A stretch of DNA of 64,000 bases from Sphingobacteriaceae bacterium (GCA_030682795.1 JAUXNJ010000019.1:94627-158626); one strand, 5' to 3'; shown: positions 10,901-21,449, numbered from the stretch's first letter. Numbers and translations: made by a program. Notes: generated from the sequence alone by a model not told the origin.

Positions 10901-11069
10901 CATCGTGATCCACACCGGCGAACTCGAATCACTCAAGCGCTTTAAGGACGATGTGAAAGAAGTGCTCAAAGGTTACGAGTGCGGCTTGAACATTGCGAAC
11001 TTCAACGACATCCAAGAAGGCGACATCATCGAAGGATATGAGCGCATTGAGGTGAAGGGCAAGTTATAA
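7977..11069 (+). CDS. infB: Translation initiation factor IF-2
   Basis: GTPase G1 motif [12 protein letters not shown], with DTPGH and NKVD motifs. Long A/P/K/E-rich N-terminal linker. Confidence 0.9.
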   Translation: MSEGSIRIKKAATEFNISVGHVVDHLAAKGFEVDANPNAKITDEMYGVLLRDFGQDKKIKEQAAQISIGVNKKEDVVLDKKAFGPATATPSEPEADEVLIKGMNKAAATEAKPAPKAEEAPVAAKPVAETPAPAAKAAVEAEKTGLKVLGKIDLSTAGKPKAKPAAEAPKAAAPEAAPKAEAPKVAAPAAAPASPQPEAPKAATPAVPEAPAAPAAKAEAAPQVAAPVVPAVEKPKEATAEAKPAAAPEAAAPVAEAKAATPVAAPAAAPKATEKPAAPAATGEDEDVVRAKADKLQGTTVLRTIDLSQFEKRKPVASSSDSSVGRRKRKRKDGPAGAAPATGATPAANVDRPLRSPNAPGTMPQRPQGNRPHGGGGPGGGQGGNRRGPAAPLGPKAEPTEKEIQDQIKATMARLQGGAKGASRAKYRKQRRDDHALRDGADLNEDGKMKLQATEFLTTGELAGLMDVPVGEVIMNCFSLGLVVTINQRLDAETITLVADEFGYDVEFISADANEPMIEEEDDADNMTDRSPIVTIMGHVDHGKTSLLDFIRKENVIAGEAGGITQHIGAYAVQLANGKQITFLDTPGHEAFTAMRARGAKVTDIVVIVIAADDSVMPQTKEAISHAQAANVPLIFAINKVDRPGANPERIREQLSAMNILVESWGGKYQDQEISAKFGQNVDALLEKILLEAEILELKADPKKRAVGTVIEASLDKGRGVITTVLIEGGTLEMGDPILAGANFGKVKALMNERGQRITKVGPSQPVQILGFNSAPTAGDRFYVTESDAVAKDVGTKRMQLLREQGMRTKKHITLDEIGRRLAIGNFKELNLVVKGDVDGSVEALADSLMKLSTDQIQVNVIHKGVGQISESDVMLASASDAIIVGFQVRPLASVRKLAEQEEIDIRTYSIIYDAIDEIKSAMEGMLAPTFEEKVVCNVQIREVFKISKVGTIAGCMVTDGKITRNTKVRVLRDGIVIHTGELESLKRFKDDVKEVLKGYECGLNIANFNDIQEGDIIEGYERIEVKGKL
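8200..9000 (+). repeat. Low-complexity Ala/Pro/Lys/Glu-rich coding repeats in the IF-2 N-terminal region
   Basis: Reiterated [13 protein letters not shown] units; GC-skewed antisense pseudo-ORFs arise here. Confidence 0.7.
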
Positions 11070-11090
11070 GTCATTCCAATATCCCAGCGA

Positions 11091-11124
11091 AGGCTGCTTT
11101 CTGAAAAGGAGGCAGCCTTTTGCA
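11091..11124 (+). terminator. Rho-independent terminator after infB
   Basis: Hairpin AGGCTGC...GCAGCCT followed by TTTTG. Confidence 0.5.
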
Positions 11125-11307
11125 TTTGGTTAATCTTTAATAGGGTTGAAGCAAAGAGATCATAAAACAATCGAAAATAGCGCCATTGAGTGCTCCGAAG
11201 AATTGCACAATGCCAAGAAATGACCATAGTTTACCTCATGGAACCTGAGCCGATACTTGCACGTTAAAATACTTGTACACTAATTCCTAATCAATTAAGT
11301 TTACAAA

Positions 11308-11535
11308 ATGCTTAAAAAGATGCGCCACGTAACCATTTACACTACCGATAAAGAGTATAGCCATTTTATTGAATTGGCCAGAAATTTACATTATGTAAAA
11401 CGCATTGAAACCGATGAAGAAGATGACGCTCAAAATGTAATACAAAACATCCAAACAGGCTTGGAAGAGGTAAATCAGTTCAAAAAAGGAGCGTTAAAAA
11501 CCACATCAGCTCAAGATTTTTTAAATGAGTTATAG
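11308..11535 (+). CDS. Small acidic protein, putative antitoxin
   Basis: 75 aa, acidic (DEEDD), overlapping the downstream RelE-superfamily gene by 11 nt. Confidence 0.35.
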   Translation: MLKKMRHVTIYTTDKEYSHFIELARNLHYVKRIETDEEDDAQNVIQNIQTGLEEVNQFKKGALKTTSAQDFLNEL

Positions 11536-11851
11536 CGTTGAGCTCACAGAAAACTTCAAAAAAGAAGTCAAGCGCCTCTTAAAAAAATATCCGTCGCTCA
11601 AAGGCGAACTCGTTGTTCTTTTCAATGAACTCAGCATTCACCCAACCGTTGGCACACCGTTAGGCAACGACATTTACAAAATCAGATTGGCTGTTGCCTC
11701 TAAAAACAAAGGCAAATCCGGCGGTGCCAGAGTTTTGTCATTTGTGAAAGTTACCAAAACAACTGTACTTCTTTTCAGCATTTACTCCAAAGGGGAAGTG
11801 GATAGTCTTACCGACAAACAAATACAGGAGCTCATTAAAAAACACTTATAA
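11525..11851 (+). CDS. RelE/ParE-superfamily toxin (Gp49/HigB-like)
   Basis: 108 aa. The motif KGKSGGARVLSF resembles the conserved GKSGGYRVIY of the Gp49/COG3657 toxin family. Confidence 0.5.
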   Translation: MSYSVELTENFKKEVKRLLKKYPSLKGELVVLFNELSIHPTVGTPLGNDIYKIRLAVASKNKGKSGGARVLSFVKVTKTTVLLFSIYSKGEVDSLTDKQIQELIKKHL

Positions 11852-11917
11852 GCTCGACATTGGGCAGACTCCTCGTGTTCTTATTTCTTTCCCCTTTTTA
11901 TAGTTCAAGTTCCAAGC

Positions 11918-12508
11918 ATGCCTTTCACCCTTAGTTTAGTCGAAACCACCGCCGCCATTTTTGGCGTGCTCAGCGTAATTTTAGCGCGTTATGCGCACAT
12001 TGGGGTGTTTCCTACCGGCTTGGTGAGCACCCTACTTTACATCTACATTTGTTTTGGGGCAGGCTTGTATGCCGATATGGGCGTGAATGCCTGGTACGCC
12101 AGCATGAGTGTGTATGGCTGGTGGCGGTGGACGCGACCGGTGGCGGGCGAGCAGGTACGGCCTATAGCCTTTGCGAGTCGCCGCGACTGGCGTGTTTTTG
12201 GACTATTGAGTGGCGGCAGTTTGCTCGCTATTTACTTCCTGCTCGCGCGTTACACCGACAGCACTGTACCCTTGGCCGATGCTTTTACCACGGCTGTCGC
12301 CATCGGGGGGATGTATTTGATGGCCGAGAAAAAAGTCGAAAATTGGCTGGCTTGGATCGTGGTAGATGTGGCCTCCATCTTTTTATACGCCTACAAAGGT
12401 TTACCGGTGAGCAGCATGCAGTTTGTTTTTTTTACCATTCTAGCCCTTTGGGGATGGCACAGCTGGCAAAAGGTGGCAACGGCAGCCCCTGAAGTCAACC
12501 TTCCTTAA
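11918..12508 (+). CDS. pnuC: Nicotinamide riboside transporter PnuC
   Basis: 196-aa multi-TM protein with the PnuC-typical Trp-rich segment YGWWRW. Confidence 0.65.
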   Translation: MPFTLSLVETTAAIFGVLSVILARYAHIGVFPTGLVSTLLYIYICFGAGLYADMGVNAWYASMSVYGWWRWTRPVAGEQVRPIAFASRRDWRVFGLLSGGSLLAIYFLLARYTDSTVPLADAFTTAVAIGGMYLMAEKKVENWLAWIVVDVASIFLYAYKGLPVSSMQFVFFTILALWGWHSWQKVATAAPEVNLP

Positions 12509-12807
12509 TCCACCGGAAGCACCCGTACACGCTGTTCAGGTGCACATCCCTCACAGGACCATGGTACTCCCTTTTTTTGCATTGGCAGTACCCGCACTAC
12601 TTCTTCGGGTAAAGGCCAATAATACACCAGCAAGGAGAGCATCCATAAAATGAGCATGACACATAGTGACCGTAAAATGGCTTTCCGTATACACATGCCC
12701 TTATTTACGAGCCAAATGCACAGTCGGATTGCCCCAGTCTCTATTTCTTCAGCTGCGGAAACGAATTAGAAAAACACTATTTCGTGCTTTAATGTTAATT
12801 TCGCAAC

Positions 12808-13224
12808 ATGGACGAAGCCACTATCCTCGCACACATCAATTCCAAATTGCCCGGCACCTTGGGTGAAAGTTTGGGCATGCACTTTACCGTAGCCCGTGAA
12901 GGTTACCTCGAAGCCACCATGCCCGTTGACCAACGTACCGTGCAGCCTTACGGCATTTTACACGGCGGATCTTCGGTGGCCCTGGCCGAAACCCTCGGCA
13001 GTGTTGGTTCTAACATGCTGGCGGGTGAAGGCTTGGTGGCGGTAGGACTCGAAATCAACGCCAACCACATTCGGGCGGTGCGCTCGGGCCTAGTAACGGG
13101 CAAAGCCAGCATCCTGCACAAAGGCCGCCAAACCCATGTGTGGGACATTAAACTATACGACGAGCGCGAGCACCTGGTATGCGTTTGTCGCTTCACCGCT
13201 GCCATCGTAAACAACCGCGCCTGA
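12808..13224 (+). CDS. Hotdog-fold (PaaI/YbdB-type) thioesterase, candidate 1,4-dihydroxy-2-naphthoyl-CoA hydrolase
   Basis: LHGGSSVALAETLGS motif of PaaI-type thioesterases. Lies immediately upstream of menF-menD-menB. Confidence 0.55.
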   Translation: MDEATILAHINSKLPGTLGESLGMHFTVAREGYLEATMPVDQRTVQPYGILHGGSSVALAETLGSVGSNMLAGEGLVAVGLEINANHIRAVRSGLVTGKASILHKGRQTHVWDIKLYDEREHLVCVCRFTAAIVNNRA

Positions 13225-13225
13225 T

Positions 13226-14374
13226 TTGATCCACACCTCCATCAAGCGCATTGCCTCTTTGCAAAAGCTGTTCAACACAGCTGTGGCCAGCTCCTTTCCA
13301 ATGGTTAGCTACCGCCTGCCTGGTGCCGCGGAGCCCGAAAGCTGCTTGCAGCTCGACGAGCAGCCCTTGTTTTGGAGCGAAGGGGCGGCAGATGGCTTTG
13401 TTGTAGCGCCTTTCGACTTTCCCAATACCGCAGCCCGCTGGTTGCGGCGCGATTTGGCCTTTACCGGTTTTCAGTTTGACCCTGCCCAAGCCCGTACGGG
13501 TATGCTGCACACTGGGCAATTACTTCAGCTTTCGGCTTTTTACGAGCAATTGGGAGAAACAACTGCGCAAGAATGGTCGGCTGTAACGCTTGACGCGGGG
13601 AAAACCGTTTCGCAAGCCGACTACCTGGTGCAGGTGCAGGCAGCCTTAAGCGCCATTGCTAGGGGAACCATGCAAAAAATAGTGCTCTCACGGGTAAAGC
13701 AAGTGCCTTTGGCACCCGATGCCCATCCCGCCCAGCTGTTCGAAAAGCTCTGTAGGGCTTATCCACAAGCTTTTGTAAGTCTGGTAAGCGTACCTGGTCT
13801 CGGCATTTGGCTCGGGGCCTCGCCCGAATTGCTGCTCAAAAGCGATGGTGAAGCTTTCGAAACCATGTCGTTGGCTGGTACCCGGTCGGCGACTGGTGAA
13901 ATGCAGCCCTGGACCGACAAAGAAATGCGGGAGCAGTCCGTGGTAACCGACTACATCCGCGAAAAACTCAGTGCGGCAGGCTTAGCAGTAGCTGTTTCGC
14001 CACAAGAAACCGTGCAAGCAGGACAGGTTTTTCACTTGCGCAACCTCATCAGCGCCCGCGGCCACGCCAGTCATTTTGCCTTGGTGCAGGCTTTGCACCC
14101 CACTCCGGCGGTCTGTGGCCTTCCCGTTGATGCAGCACGCAACTACCTGCAGTTCCACGAAGCCCACCAAAGGGGTTTGTACGGTGGCTTCCTTGGCCCG
14201 GTGGATGCCCAAGGTCAGGCCCAGCTCTATGTAAATTTGCGTTCGATGGAACTTCACAAGGGCTCCGCGAGCTTGTATTTAGGTGGAGGCATTGTGGCCG
14301 GCTCGGTACCAACGGCCGAATGGGAAGAAACCGAGCACAAAGCTGCCACATTACTGCGTATCTTGCAGCACTGA
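13226..14374 (+). CDS. menF: Isochorismate synthase (menaquinone pathway)
   Basis: Chorismate-binding C-terminal signature (GGGIVAGSVPTAEWEETEHKA). Synteny with menD and menB. Confidence 0.7.
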   Translation: MIHTSIKRIASLQKLFNTAVASSFPMVSYRLPGAAEPESCLQLDEQPLFWSEGAADGFVVAPFDFPNTAARWLRRDLAFTGFQFDPAQARTGMLHTGQLLQLSAFYEQLGETTAQEWSAVTLDAGKTVSQADYLVQVQAALSAIARGTMQKIVLSRVKQVPLAPDAHPAQLFEKLCRAYPQAFVSLVSVPGLGIWLGASPELLLKSDGEAFETMSLAGTRSATGEMQPWTDKEMREQSVVTDYIREKLSAAGLAVAVSPQETVQAGQVFHLRNLISARGHASHFALVQALHPTPAVCGLPVDAARNYLQFHEAHQRGLYGGFLGPVDAQGQAQLYVNLRSMELHKGSASLYLGGGIVAGSVPTAEWEETEHKAATLLRILQH

Positions 14375-14390
14375 TACGCTTTTTGAAAGC

Positions 14391-16048
14391 ATGCCCCAGC
14401 ACGACAAACAACATTTGAGCGATTTACTGTACTTGCTGCAGCAATACGGCCTGCAACAGGCGGTACTTTGTCCCGGCTCCCGGTCTGCTCCCCTTACCCT
14501 CGCCTTTGCGCGGCAAAACAGCATCCACTGCAGCACAGCGGTAGATGAACGCTCCGCTGCCTACATTGCGCTTGGCAAGAGTTTGGCTACGGCGCAGCCC
14601 ACCGCTTTGGTGTGTACTTCGGGGACTGCCCTGCTCAATTTTGCGCCTGCAGTGGCCGAGGCCTTTTACTTGCGAGTGCCGCTATTGATTTTATCGGCCG
14701 ACCGGCCCGCAGCTTGGGTGGATCAGTTAGATGGACAAACCATTCGGCAAGACCAAATACTCGCTAAACATACTGTTTTTAGTGCCACTTTGCCCGAACG
14801 CAGTGATACCGATATCGACCGCTGGCATGCCGCAAGGCTTGTGCAAGAGGCTTGGAACAAAGCGATTCAGCTGCGCGGACCAGTGCACTTAAACATTCCA
14901 TTGCGCGAACCGCTGTATGAGTCATTGCCCACCAGTACTGACTTGCCCAAGGCCTTGCAATGGCAAGCAGCCTTGCCGCAAATGCAATTACCTGGCACTA
15001 TACTCGAACGTTGGCTGCAGGCCAAAAGCATTTTGCTGGTTGGTGGCCAACAAGCCCCCAATACCCAACTACAGGCCGCGCTCAACCAGGTGTTAAAAGA
15101 CCCACGGGTGGTGCTTTTAAGCGAGCCTGTAAACAACTTACAAGGCGGCATCGAGCAACATGAAGCCATTTGCGCCACAAAACCTGCCCAATTACAGGCC
15201 GATTTATTGATCAGCTGGGGCGAGCAAGTGGTGGCTAAGCAGCTTAAAATTTGGCTACGCAGCTATCCCGCCACCGAACATTGGCGGCTTGGGGTAGATG
15301 GCCAAATAGCCGACCCCTACCGGCAATTGCAAATGCTCGTGGCCATGGATCCAACTACTCTTTTCAGTGGAGTAGCACAGTTACCAGCAGGATCAGGCCA
15401 TTACCAGCAGCTTTGGAAGCAGGCTGAGGCCAGCATCCACCATAAAATTCAGCCCTTTTTTGAGGCGCTACCTTTTGGAGATTTAAAAGTGATGTTCCGA
15501 ATGGCACAAAAGCTCGGTGCTACCGATGCTTTGCACCTCGGCAACAGCACCCCAATACGCTATTGGCAGATGTTACCGCAGCCGCCGGCACTGGCTTGGT
15601 TGCATGCGAACCGCGGCACCAGCGGCATCGACGGTGTGAGTAGTACAGCATTGGGCTTTGCCAGCGTGGTGGACCATACCACTTGGTTGATAACGGGTGA
15701 GCTCAGTTTTGTGTACGACCTCAATGCCTTCAGCAGCAGCGAGCGGCCCAAAAACCTCAAAATCCTTGTGATCAACAATGGCGGTGGCGATATTTTTAGA
15801 CTCATCGACGGTCCGAGCACCCAGCCCGAGCGTGAAACTTACTTTGCCACCCCGCGCAACATCGATGTGCAGTCACTGGCCAAAGGCTGGGGCGTCACTT
15901 CATACTTGGCTACCGATGAAGTATCTTTGCAAAATGGCTTGCAAGCCCTGCGCGATAGCCAAGAAACCGCCATTTTAGAAGTCCGCACCGAACCTTCGGT
16001 GAACCAAAACGTTTATAAAGCTTACCAACAACTCATAAAAAGCAACGC

Positions 16049-16052
<4 letters not shown>
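14391..16052 (+). CDS. menD: 2-succinyl-5-enolpyruvyl-6-hydroxy-3-cyclohexene-1-carboxylate synthase
   Basis: TPP-enzyme architecture and men synteny. Start moved to ATG 14391 (MPQHDK...) just after the menF stop. Confidence 0.7.
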
Positions 16053-16873
<821 letters not shown>

Positions 16874-16957
16874 GCTAGTGGCGGACGAAGCGACTGGACC
16901 AAAGGAGAAACCAACCTTCTCCGCGCCCTCCGTGTGCTCCGTATTTTACAATATTTT

Positions 16958-16980
16958 AGGCCCCGCAAGGGGCTTTTTTC
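16958..16980 (+). terminator. Rho-independent terminator after menB
   Basis: GCCCC-gcaa-GGGGC hairpin followed by T6. Confidence 0.6.
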
Positions 16981-17027
16981 ATGACTTTCAATCCGATCAA
17001 AAGAATCAGTAAAGTAGGACCCTTGGA

Positions 17028-17648
17028 TTATGTATTGTCTGTACTAGTGAGTACAATCAAATCAAAATACATCAGGCGTGTTAACAGCTCTTTTTCAGGT
17101 GGCTGATTTGTATACTCCTTTTCTTGATCCTCTGAACTGAACAACACCTCAAAGCCATTGCGTTTGTAATACCTCAACGGTGCCTCTTCGTTATAAGCAT
17201 CGACTACCATAAAGCGACAGCCTGTTTTGTTTGCGTTATCTATAAACCAAAATTTAATGAAGTCCATCAATTGATCGCCAACTGATTTCTCTTCACCGGC
17301 TAGTTTACGGAAAGCGGTACCCACGCCTAATCGTCCGATTAGCACAGCAGGATAGCTTTTCATTTGCTTCTGTCTTGGAATTTCGGCATTTACTTTTTTC
17401 TTCCTTGCATTGGGAAGAGAATATGTTTTGATGCTATCGTTTGCAATGGTAAATGCTGCTACGATCTGCTTATCGTCTTCGTCCAGCGTGAAACAGTAGC
17501 TTTTTCCCAGCAGTTCTGCGGTGTAATGCAGCACATCCGAAGCAAAAAAATCATTTAAATCGGCATTTCCACAATCAAAGGATTGGCAATACGCCAGCGT
17601 TTCGGCGTCGTAAGGCTTCAATGTGCATTTTTCAAAAAGAAAGCCCAC
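17028..17648 (-). CDS. GNAT-family N-acetyltransferase
   Basis: 206 aa with GNAT-like acetyl-CoA binding region (RLGVGTAFRKLAG...YYKRNGFE). Confidence 0.45.
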   Translation of the reverse strand: MGFLFEKCTLKPYDAETLAYCQSFDCGNADLNDFFASDVLHYTAELLGKSYCFTLDEDDKQIVAAFTIANDSIKTYSLPNARKKKVNAEIPRQKQMKSYPAVLIGRLGVGTAFRKLAGEEKSVGDQLMDFIKFWFIDNANKTGCRFMVVDAYNEEAPLRYYKRNGFEVLFSSEDQEKEYTNQPPEKELLTRLMYFDLIVLTSTDNT

Positions 17649-17649
17649 C

Positions 17650-17812
17650 GTCTCTTCTTAAATCTTCGCTTTCGCCAGTATTTTGGCTGATACCGCGGCT
17701 TGTTTAGAAAATTTGACGGTCGATTTTTTAGCTACGGCAGCATTCGCTTTTCTATTGAATGCGCTAGCAACTTCCTTTTTTAAAACAGGTACTACTTTAA
17801 TTGCGTTTGCCA
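17650..17812 (-). CDS. 51-aa Lys/Ala-rich small protein (not in ORF track), possible antitoxin or partner of the GNAT gene
   Basis: Manual translation MANAIKVVPVLKKEVASAFNRKANAAVAKKSTVKFSKQAAVSAKILAKAKI. Its stop lies 1 nt before the GNAT start codon. Confidence 0.2.
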
Positions 17813-18181
17813 TGGTAACACGCTTTGAATCAAAACAAATATAACAAGCTTTATCAACTTAAACTAAACGACTTTAGTTTGTTTCACTGTACCATTTCTG
17901 TAAAATATTGAATCGACTTTAACATTAAATGCAAAAGCTCATGTAAACGCTCCGCATTTTAAAAAAACTAGAAGGCCCCTCCAGAAGCTTTTTCCATGCC
18001 TCGTTGAAGTGCAGAAAAAGTTAAATTAGGGCTACATTATTTAAGTTTAGGGGCCTAAAGTTAAAAAAGCGCTTTGGACAGCATACGCAACCAAATCGTC
18101 CTCATACTTGACTGAGCTAGCCTTTTCCCAGCGCGTGCTCAAAACGGCATTTTGCAGCCGCTTTATATCCACACTAGAAAA

Positions 18182-19129
18182 TCAACCCCTAAAATCGTAA
18201 ATCAACGCCGGCCGCTGCGTAATCTCATGATAACTCACCACCCCTTTGCGGAAGTAATGAAACACCATGCTTTTGCGGGTGCGGGCGCGGTCAAGTTGCG
18301 GGTTGCCGCCATGGAAGAGGTTAGCGTGCCAAATCAGGATATCGCCTTTTTTGGCTTGGAAAACAGTCTTTTGCAGGCCCAGCTCCGCGATGCGGGCCGC
18401 CATGAAGTCTTCGTACACGCTGTAGTCCTTGTCGCCAATGAACCAGCGGTTGCCTTCGTTTTGGTAGTCGGCATTGAGGTAATACGGCAACTTGTGGCTG
18501 CCTGGATAGTAGTGCAGCGGTCCGTTGTTGTCGTCAATGTCCTCGAGCGCGAACCATACGCCAAGCATGCCGCCGGCGGGGTAGGTGGTCATGTGGATGC
18601 TGTCGCTATGCGTATGCTGCTCGCTGCCGGTGAGGAAGTTGATGCTGTGGAAAAGCCGCGCCTCGCCTTGCAGCAGCACGCTCAGCAGCTCGAGGAGCTC
18701 AGGACGGAGACCCTTGCTGCGCACATTTTCGGAGCGCAAAATAAGCTGGGTGAGTTTGTTGCGGTAGCGGTAATGGATTTTGCCCGAATTAAACAGGGCT
18801 TCAATTTCGGAGTTGATCGCATCTACCTCTTCGCCCTTTAAAAAACCACGGATCACGGCAAAGCCTTGTTCGGGATAGGCGCGCAACGAGGCCTGACTTT
18901 CTGTATCGACTTGTGCGAACAGTTGGCATTTTTCGATGGCCGCTGCAGTTGGCAGGGGTAAATGCTGCTGCGGCAACTGCTTAAAATCGGCACTCGAAAC
19001 CGGTGAAAAATACCGCTTGTTCAGCTTCAACTGTCGGTACGCCGCCTCGTTGTGCCGCAGCAAATGCGGTTGAAAGAGGTTGTAAGCGGCATAGGTGATT
19101 TTAAGGCGACGAAGCAAAGCGGTTAGCAT
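18182..19129 (-). CDS. Phytanoyl-CoA dioxygenase (PhyH) family Fe(II)/2-oxoglutarate oxygenase
   Basis: H-x-D...H metal-binding motifs (HTHSDSIH ... HGGNP) and PhyH-like length. Confidence 0.6.
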   Translation of the reverse strand: MLTALLRRLKITYAAYNLFQPHLLRHNEAAYRQLKLNKRYFSPVSSADFKQLPQQHLPLPTAAAIEKCQLFAQVDTESQASLRAYPEQGFAVIRGFLKGEEVDAINSEIEALFNSGKIHYRYRNKLTQLILRSENVRSKGLRPELLELLSVLLQGEARLFHSINFLTGSEQHTHSDSIHMTTYPAGGMLGVWFALEDIDDNNGPLHYYPGSHKLPYYLNADYQNEGNRWFIGDKDYSVYEDFMAARIAELGLQKTVFQAKKGDILIWHANLFHGGNPQLDRARTRKSMVFHYFRKGVVSYHEITQRPALIYDFRG

Positions 19130-19263
19130 GTTCGAAAATACGGAGAAGGGGTGAAAGTTGGATGCCTATTGATTTAGTTAAGGACCTTCTAGCAGGCTAG
19201 GTTACTCTGACAAAGAAAAATGTCAGAAAAATTGTAAATTGTGACGACCAATAAGGAGAAATC

Positions 19264-19509
19264 ATGGGGGCTATAGAGCTGAAATCTGACTTGCACAAAA
19301 TGCTCGACCAAATCGAGAATGAACAGTTGCTCAGAACCATTTATGACTTTTTGAAGGAGCGGACTAACGCCCCTGAGGGTGCCATTTGGGAGTCATTGAC
19401 GGAGGAGCAAAAAAAAGAGGTTCAATTGTCTTATGAAGAATCTCAAGTAGAAGAGCCATTAATAGCTTGGGAGGAGCTTAAGAAAAAGCACCCATGGAAG
19501 TCCTCGTAA
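19264..19509 (+). CDS. Putative antitoxin (ParD/addiction-module component-like)
   Basis: 81-aa acidic protein whose 3' end overlaps the downstream ParE-like gene by 16 nt. Confidence 0.4.
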   Translation: MGAIELKSDLHKMLDQIENEQLLRTIYDFLKERTNAPEGAIWESLTEEQKKEVQLSYEESQVEEPLIAWEELKKKHPWKSS

Positions 19510-19778
19510 CACCGAGAGCAGCGCAAAAATTTGAAGCGCTTGTTGCTTTTATTACCCATAAATGGGGTGAAAAAGCGGCTTCAGCTTTCATTCAAAATAT
19601 GGATGCTGCATTTTCCCAGCTTCAATCCTATCCTTTACTGGGAGCAATAGAGCATCTCGACATCAGAGGGCTTCAGGTATCTGCCCAAACAAGGATATTC
19701 TATCGAATACGAAATAATAAAATCATCATTATTTCTTTTTTCGACGTCAAACAGCACCCTAAAAAGCGGCTTGGTTAG
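19494..19778 (+). CDS. ParE/RelE-family toxin
   Basis: 94 aa. The C-terminal IFYRIRNNKIIIISFFDVKQH resembles the ParE beta-sheet core. Confidence 0.5.
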   Translation: MEVLVTPRAAQKFEALVAFITHKWGEKAASAFIQNMDAAFSQLQSYPLLGAIEHLDIRGLQVSAQTRIFYRIRNNKIIIISFFDVKQHPKKRLG

Positions 19779-19782
19779 CGTT

Positions 19783-20073
19783 CTAACCGTTTAAAATATC
19801 CGCATAGGAAGCATCCCCCTCCATCACCTTTTTGGCAAAGGGACAAAGCGGCAGCACTTTGATGCCTTTAGCGCGGGCAAAAGCAGCACCGGCTGCCACC
19901 AGTTTTTTGCCGGCTCCTGTGCCGCGCAGGGCGTCGCTTACTTCGGTGTGGTCGATGATGATGCGCTCGCTGCCCGACCATACGTAGGTCATTTCAGCAA
20001 GCTTTTGGCCGGCTTCTTCTACATAAAAAGCACCTCTGTGGCCATCTTCGCGGTGTTTGATGTTGATTTCCAA
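19783..20073 (-). CDS. Small GNAT-like (YjdJ-type) N-acetyltransferase
   Basis: 96 aa. GTGAGKKLV...KGIKVLPLCPF matches the minimal GNAT (Acetyltransf_CG) family. Confidence 0.45.
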   Translation of the reverse strand: MEINIKHREDGHRGAFYVEEAGQKLAEMTYVWSGSERIIIDHTEVSDALRGTGAGKKLVAAGAAFARAKGIKVLPLCPFAKKVMEGDASYADILNG

Positions 20074-20099
20074 GGCTAAATATAATAATAAAACATGGA

Positions 20100-20375
20100 G
20101 GTCACGGAGAGGGGGATGTCGATTCTTGATTTGCGATTTCGATTAGCGATTTATGATTTGGTAGTGAAGTAAATGTTTACACCTGCATATGACTATCATA
20201 CTGCGCAGCCTCCTAAACGCAAGGGCCCGCTCTGTCTTTGAGCGACCAAAGGGAGCGGTCTGTTAGGGAGCTACCGGCGACCGGTCTGTTAGCAAACCAA
20301 AGGTTTGCTGTCTGAAAAGCGAACCGCAAGTGAGCGGTCTGTAAAGCGACCGAAGGGAGCGCTCTATACACTATC
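20100..20375. repeat. Partial copy of a complex intergenic repeat element (same family as 38571-39260 and 44238-44905)
   Basis: Shares the GATTTCGATT/GATTTATGATTT module, 'ctgcgca...gggccCgctctgtct' and reiterated '(g)agcggtctgt(a)aagcga' modules with the other copies. Confidence 0.55.
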
Positions 20376-20383
20376 TTTGCAAG

Positions 20384-21448
20384 ATGTCATCTACTACCAA
20401 AACCGACATCCGTGCACTGAACCAGGCGGAACTCACCGAGGCGATCACCGCCATGGGCGAAAAGGCTTTCCGTGCCAAACAGGTGTACGAATGGCTGTGG
20501 AGCAAGGGGGCTCGATCGTTCGACGATATGACCAACCTTTCGGTAGCACTACGGGCGCAGCTCAACGAACGCTTTACCATCAACCACATCCACATCGACG
20601 AAGAGCAAAAAAGCAACGACGGCACCATCAAAAATGCCGTGAAGCTGTTCGACGGCCGGGTGGTAGAATCGGTCCTCATTCCCACCGACACCCGCATCAC
20701 CGCTTGCATCAGCAGCCAGGTGGGTTGCAGCTTAGACTGCACCTTCTGCGCCACCGCCCGCCTCAAGCGCATGCGCAACCTCAATCCCGACGAGATTTAC
20801 GACCAAGTTGTAGCCATCCGCCACCAAGCCGAGCAGTATTTCGACCGACCACTGACCAACATTGTGCTCATGGGCATGGGCGAACCCCTGCTCAACTACA
20901 ACAACGTACTGGCCGCTATCGAAAAAATCACTTCGCCCCAAGGCCTGGGCATGTCGCCACGGCGCATCACCCTCAGCACGGTGGGCATCACCAAAATGAT
21001 TCGCAAGCTGGCTGATGATGGGGTGAAATTCAAACTGGCCGTGAGTCTGCACTCGGCCATCGACGAAAAACGCTCGAAGCTGATGCCCATCAACGAAACC
21101 AATACCCTCGAGGAGCTGGTGGCTTCGTTGCTGTACTGGTACGAAAAAACTGGAAGCCGTGTTACCTTCGAATATGTGGTTTGGCGGGGAATCAACGACG
21201 GGGAAGAAGACATCCGCGCCTTGGTAAAACTCTGCAAAAAACTACCATGCAAGGTCAACATCATTGAATACAACCCCATCGACGACGGTATTTATCAGCA
21301 GGCCGACCGTGCCCGGGTAGATGCCTACATCAATGCCTTAGAAAAAGCCGGAGTTACCGCGGTGGTGCGTCGGTCGCGCGGCAAAGACATAGATGCTGCC
21401 TGTGGCCAGCTGGCCAACAAAAACCTCAGCATCGAAGCAGCACCATAA
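20384..21448 (+). CDS. rlmN: 23S rRNA (A2503-C2)/tRNA methyltransferase RlmN (radical SAM)
   Basis: CSLDCTFCAT radical-SAM CxxxCxxC cluster and RlmN-like length and ends. Confidence 0.85.
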   Translation: MSSTTKTDIRALNQAELTEAITAMGEKAFRAKQVYEWLWSKGARSFDDMTNLSVALRAQLNERFTINHIHIDEEQKSNDGTIKNAVKLFDGRVVESVLIPTDTRITACISSQVGCSLDCTFCATARLKRMRNLNPDEIYDQVVAIRHQAEQYFDRPLTNIVLMGMGEPLLNYNNVLAAIEKITSPQGLGMSPRRITLSTVGITKMIRKLADDGVKFKLAVSLHSAIDEKRSKLMPINETNTLEELVASLLYWYEKTGSRVTFEYVVWRGINDGEEDIRALVKLCKKLPCKVNIIEYNPIDDGIYQQADRARVDAYINALEKAGVTAVVRRSRGKDIDAACGQLANKNLSIEAAP

Positions 21449-21449
21449 G

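Noticed and set aside
12505-12696. 63-aa minus-strand ORF between pnuC and the thioesterase gene
   Set aside because: No start context or motif. The region is more plausibly the men-operon promoter/leader.
18152-18841. 229-aa plus-strand ORF
   Set aside because: It lies antisense within the PhyH-family gene (18182-19129), which has clear catalytic motifs, and has an Ala/Val/Gln-rich composition typical of shadow ORFs.
20305-21015. 236-aa ORF overlapping rlmN in another frame (His/Arg/Pro-rich)
   Set aside because: It is entirely nested within the well-supported rlmN reading frame and has a low-complexity, GC-frame-artefact composition.
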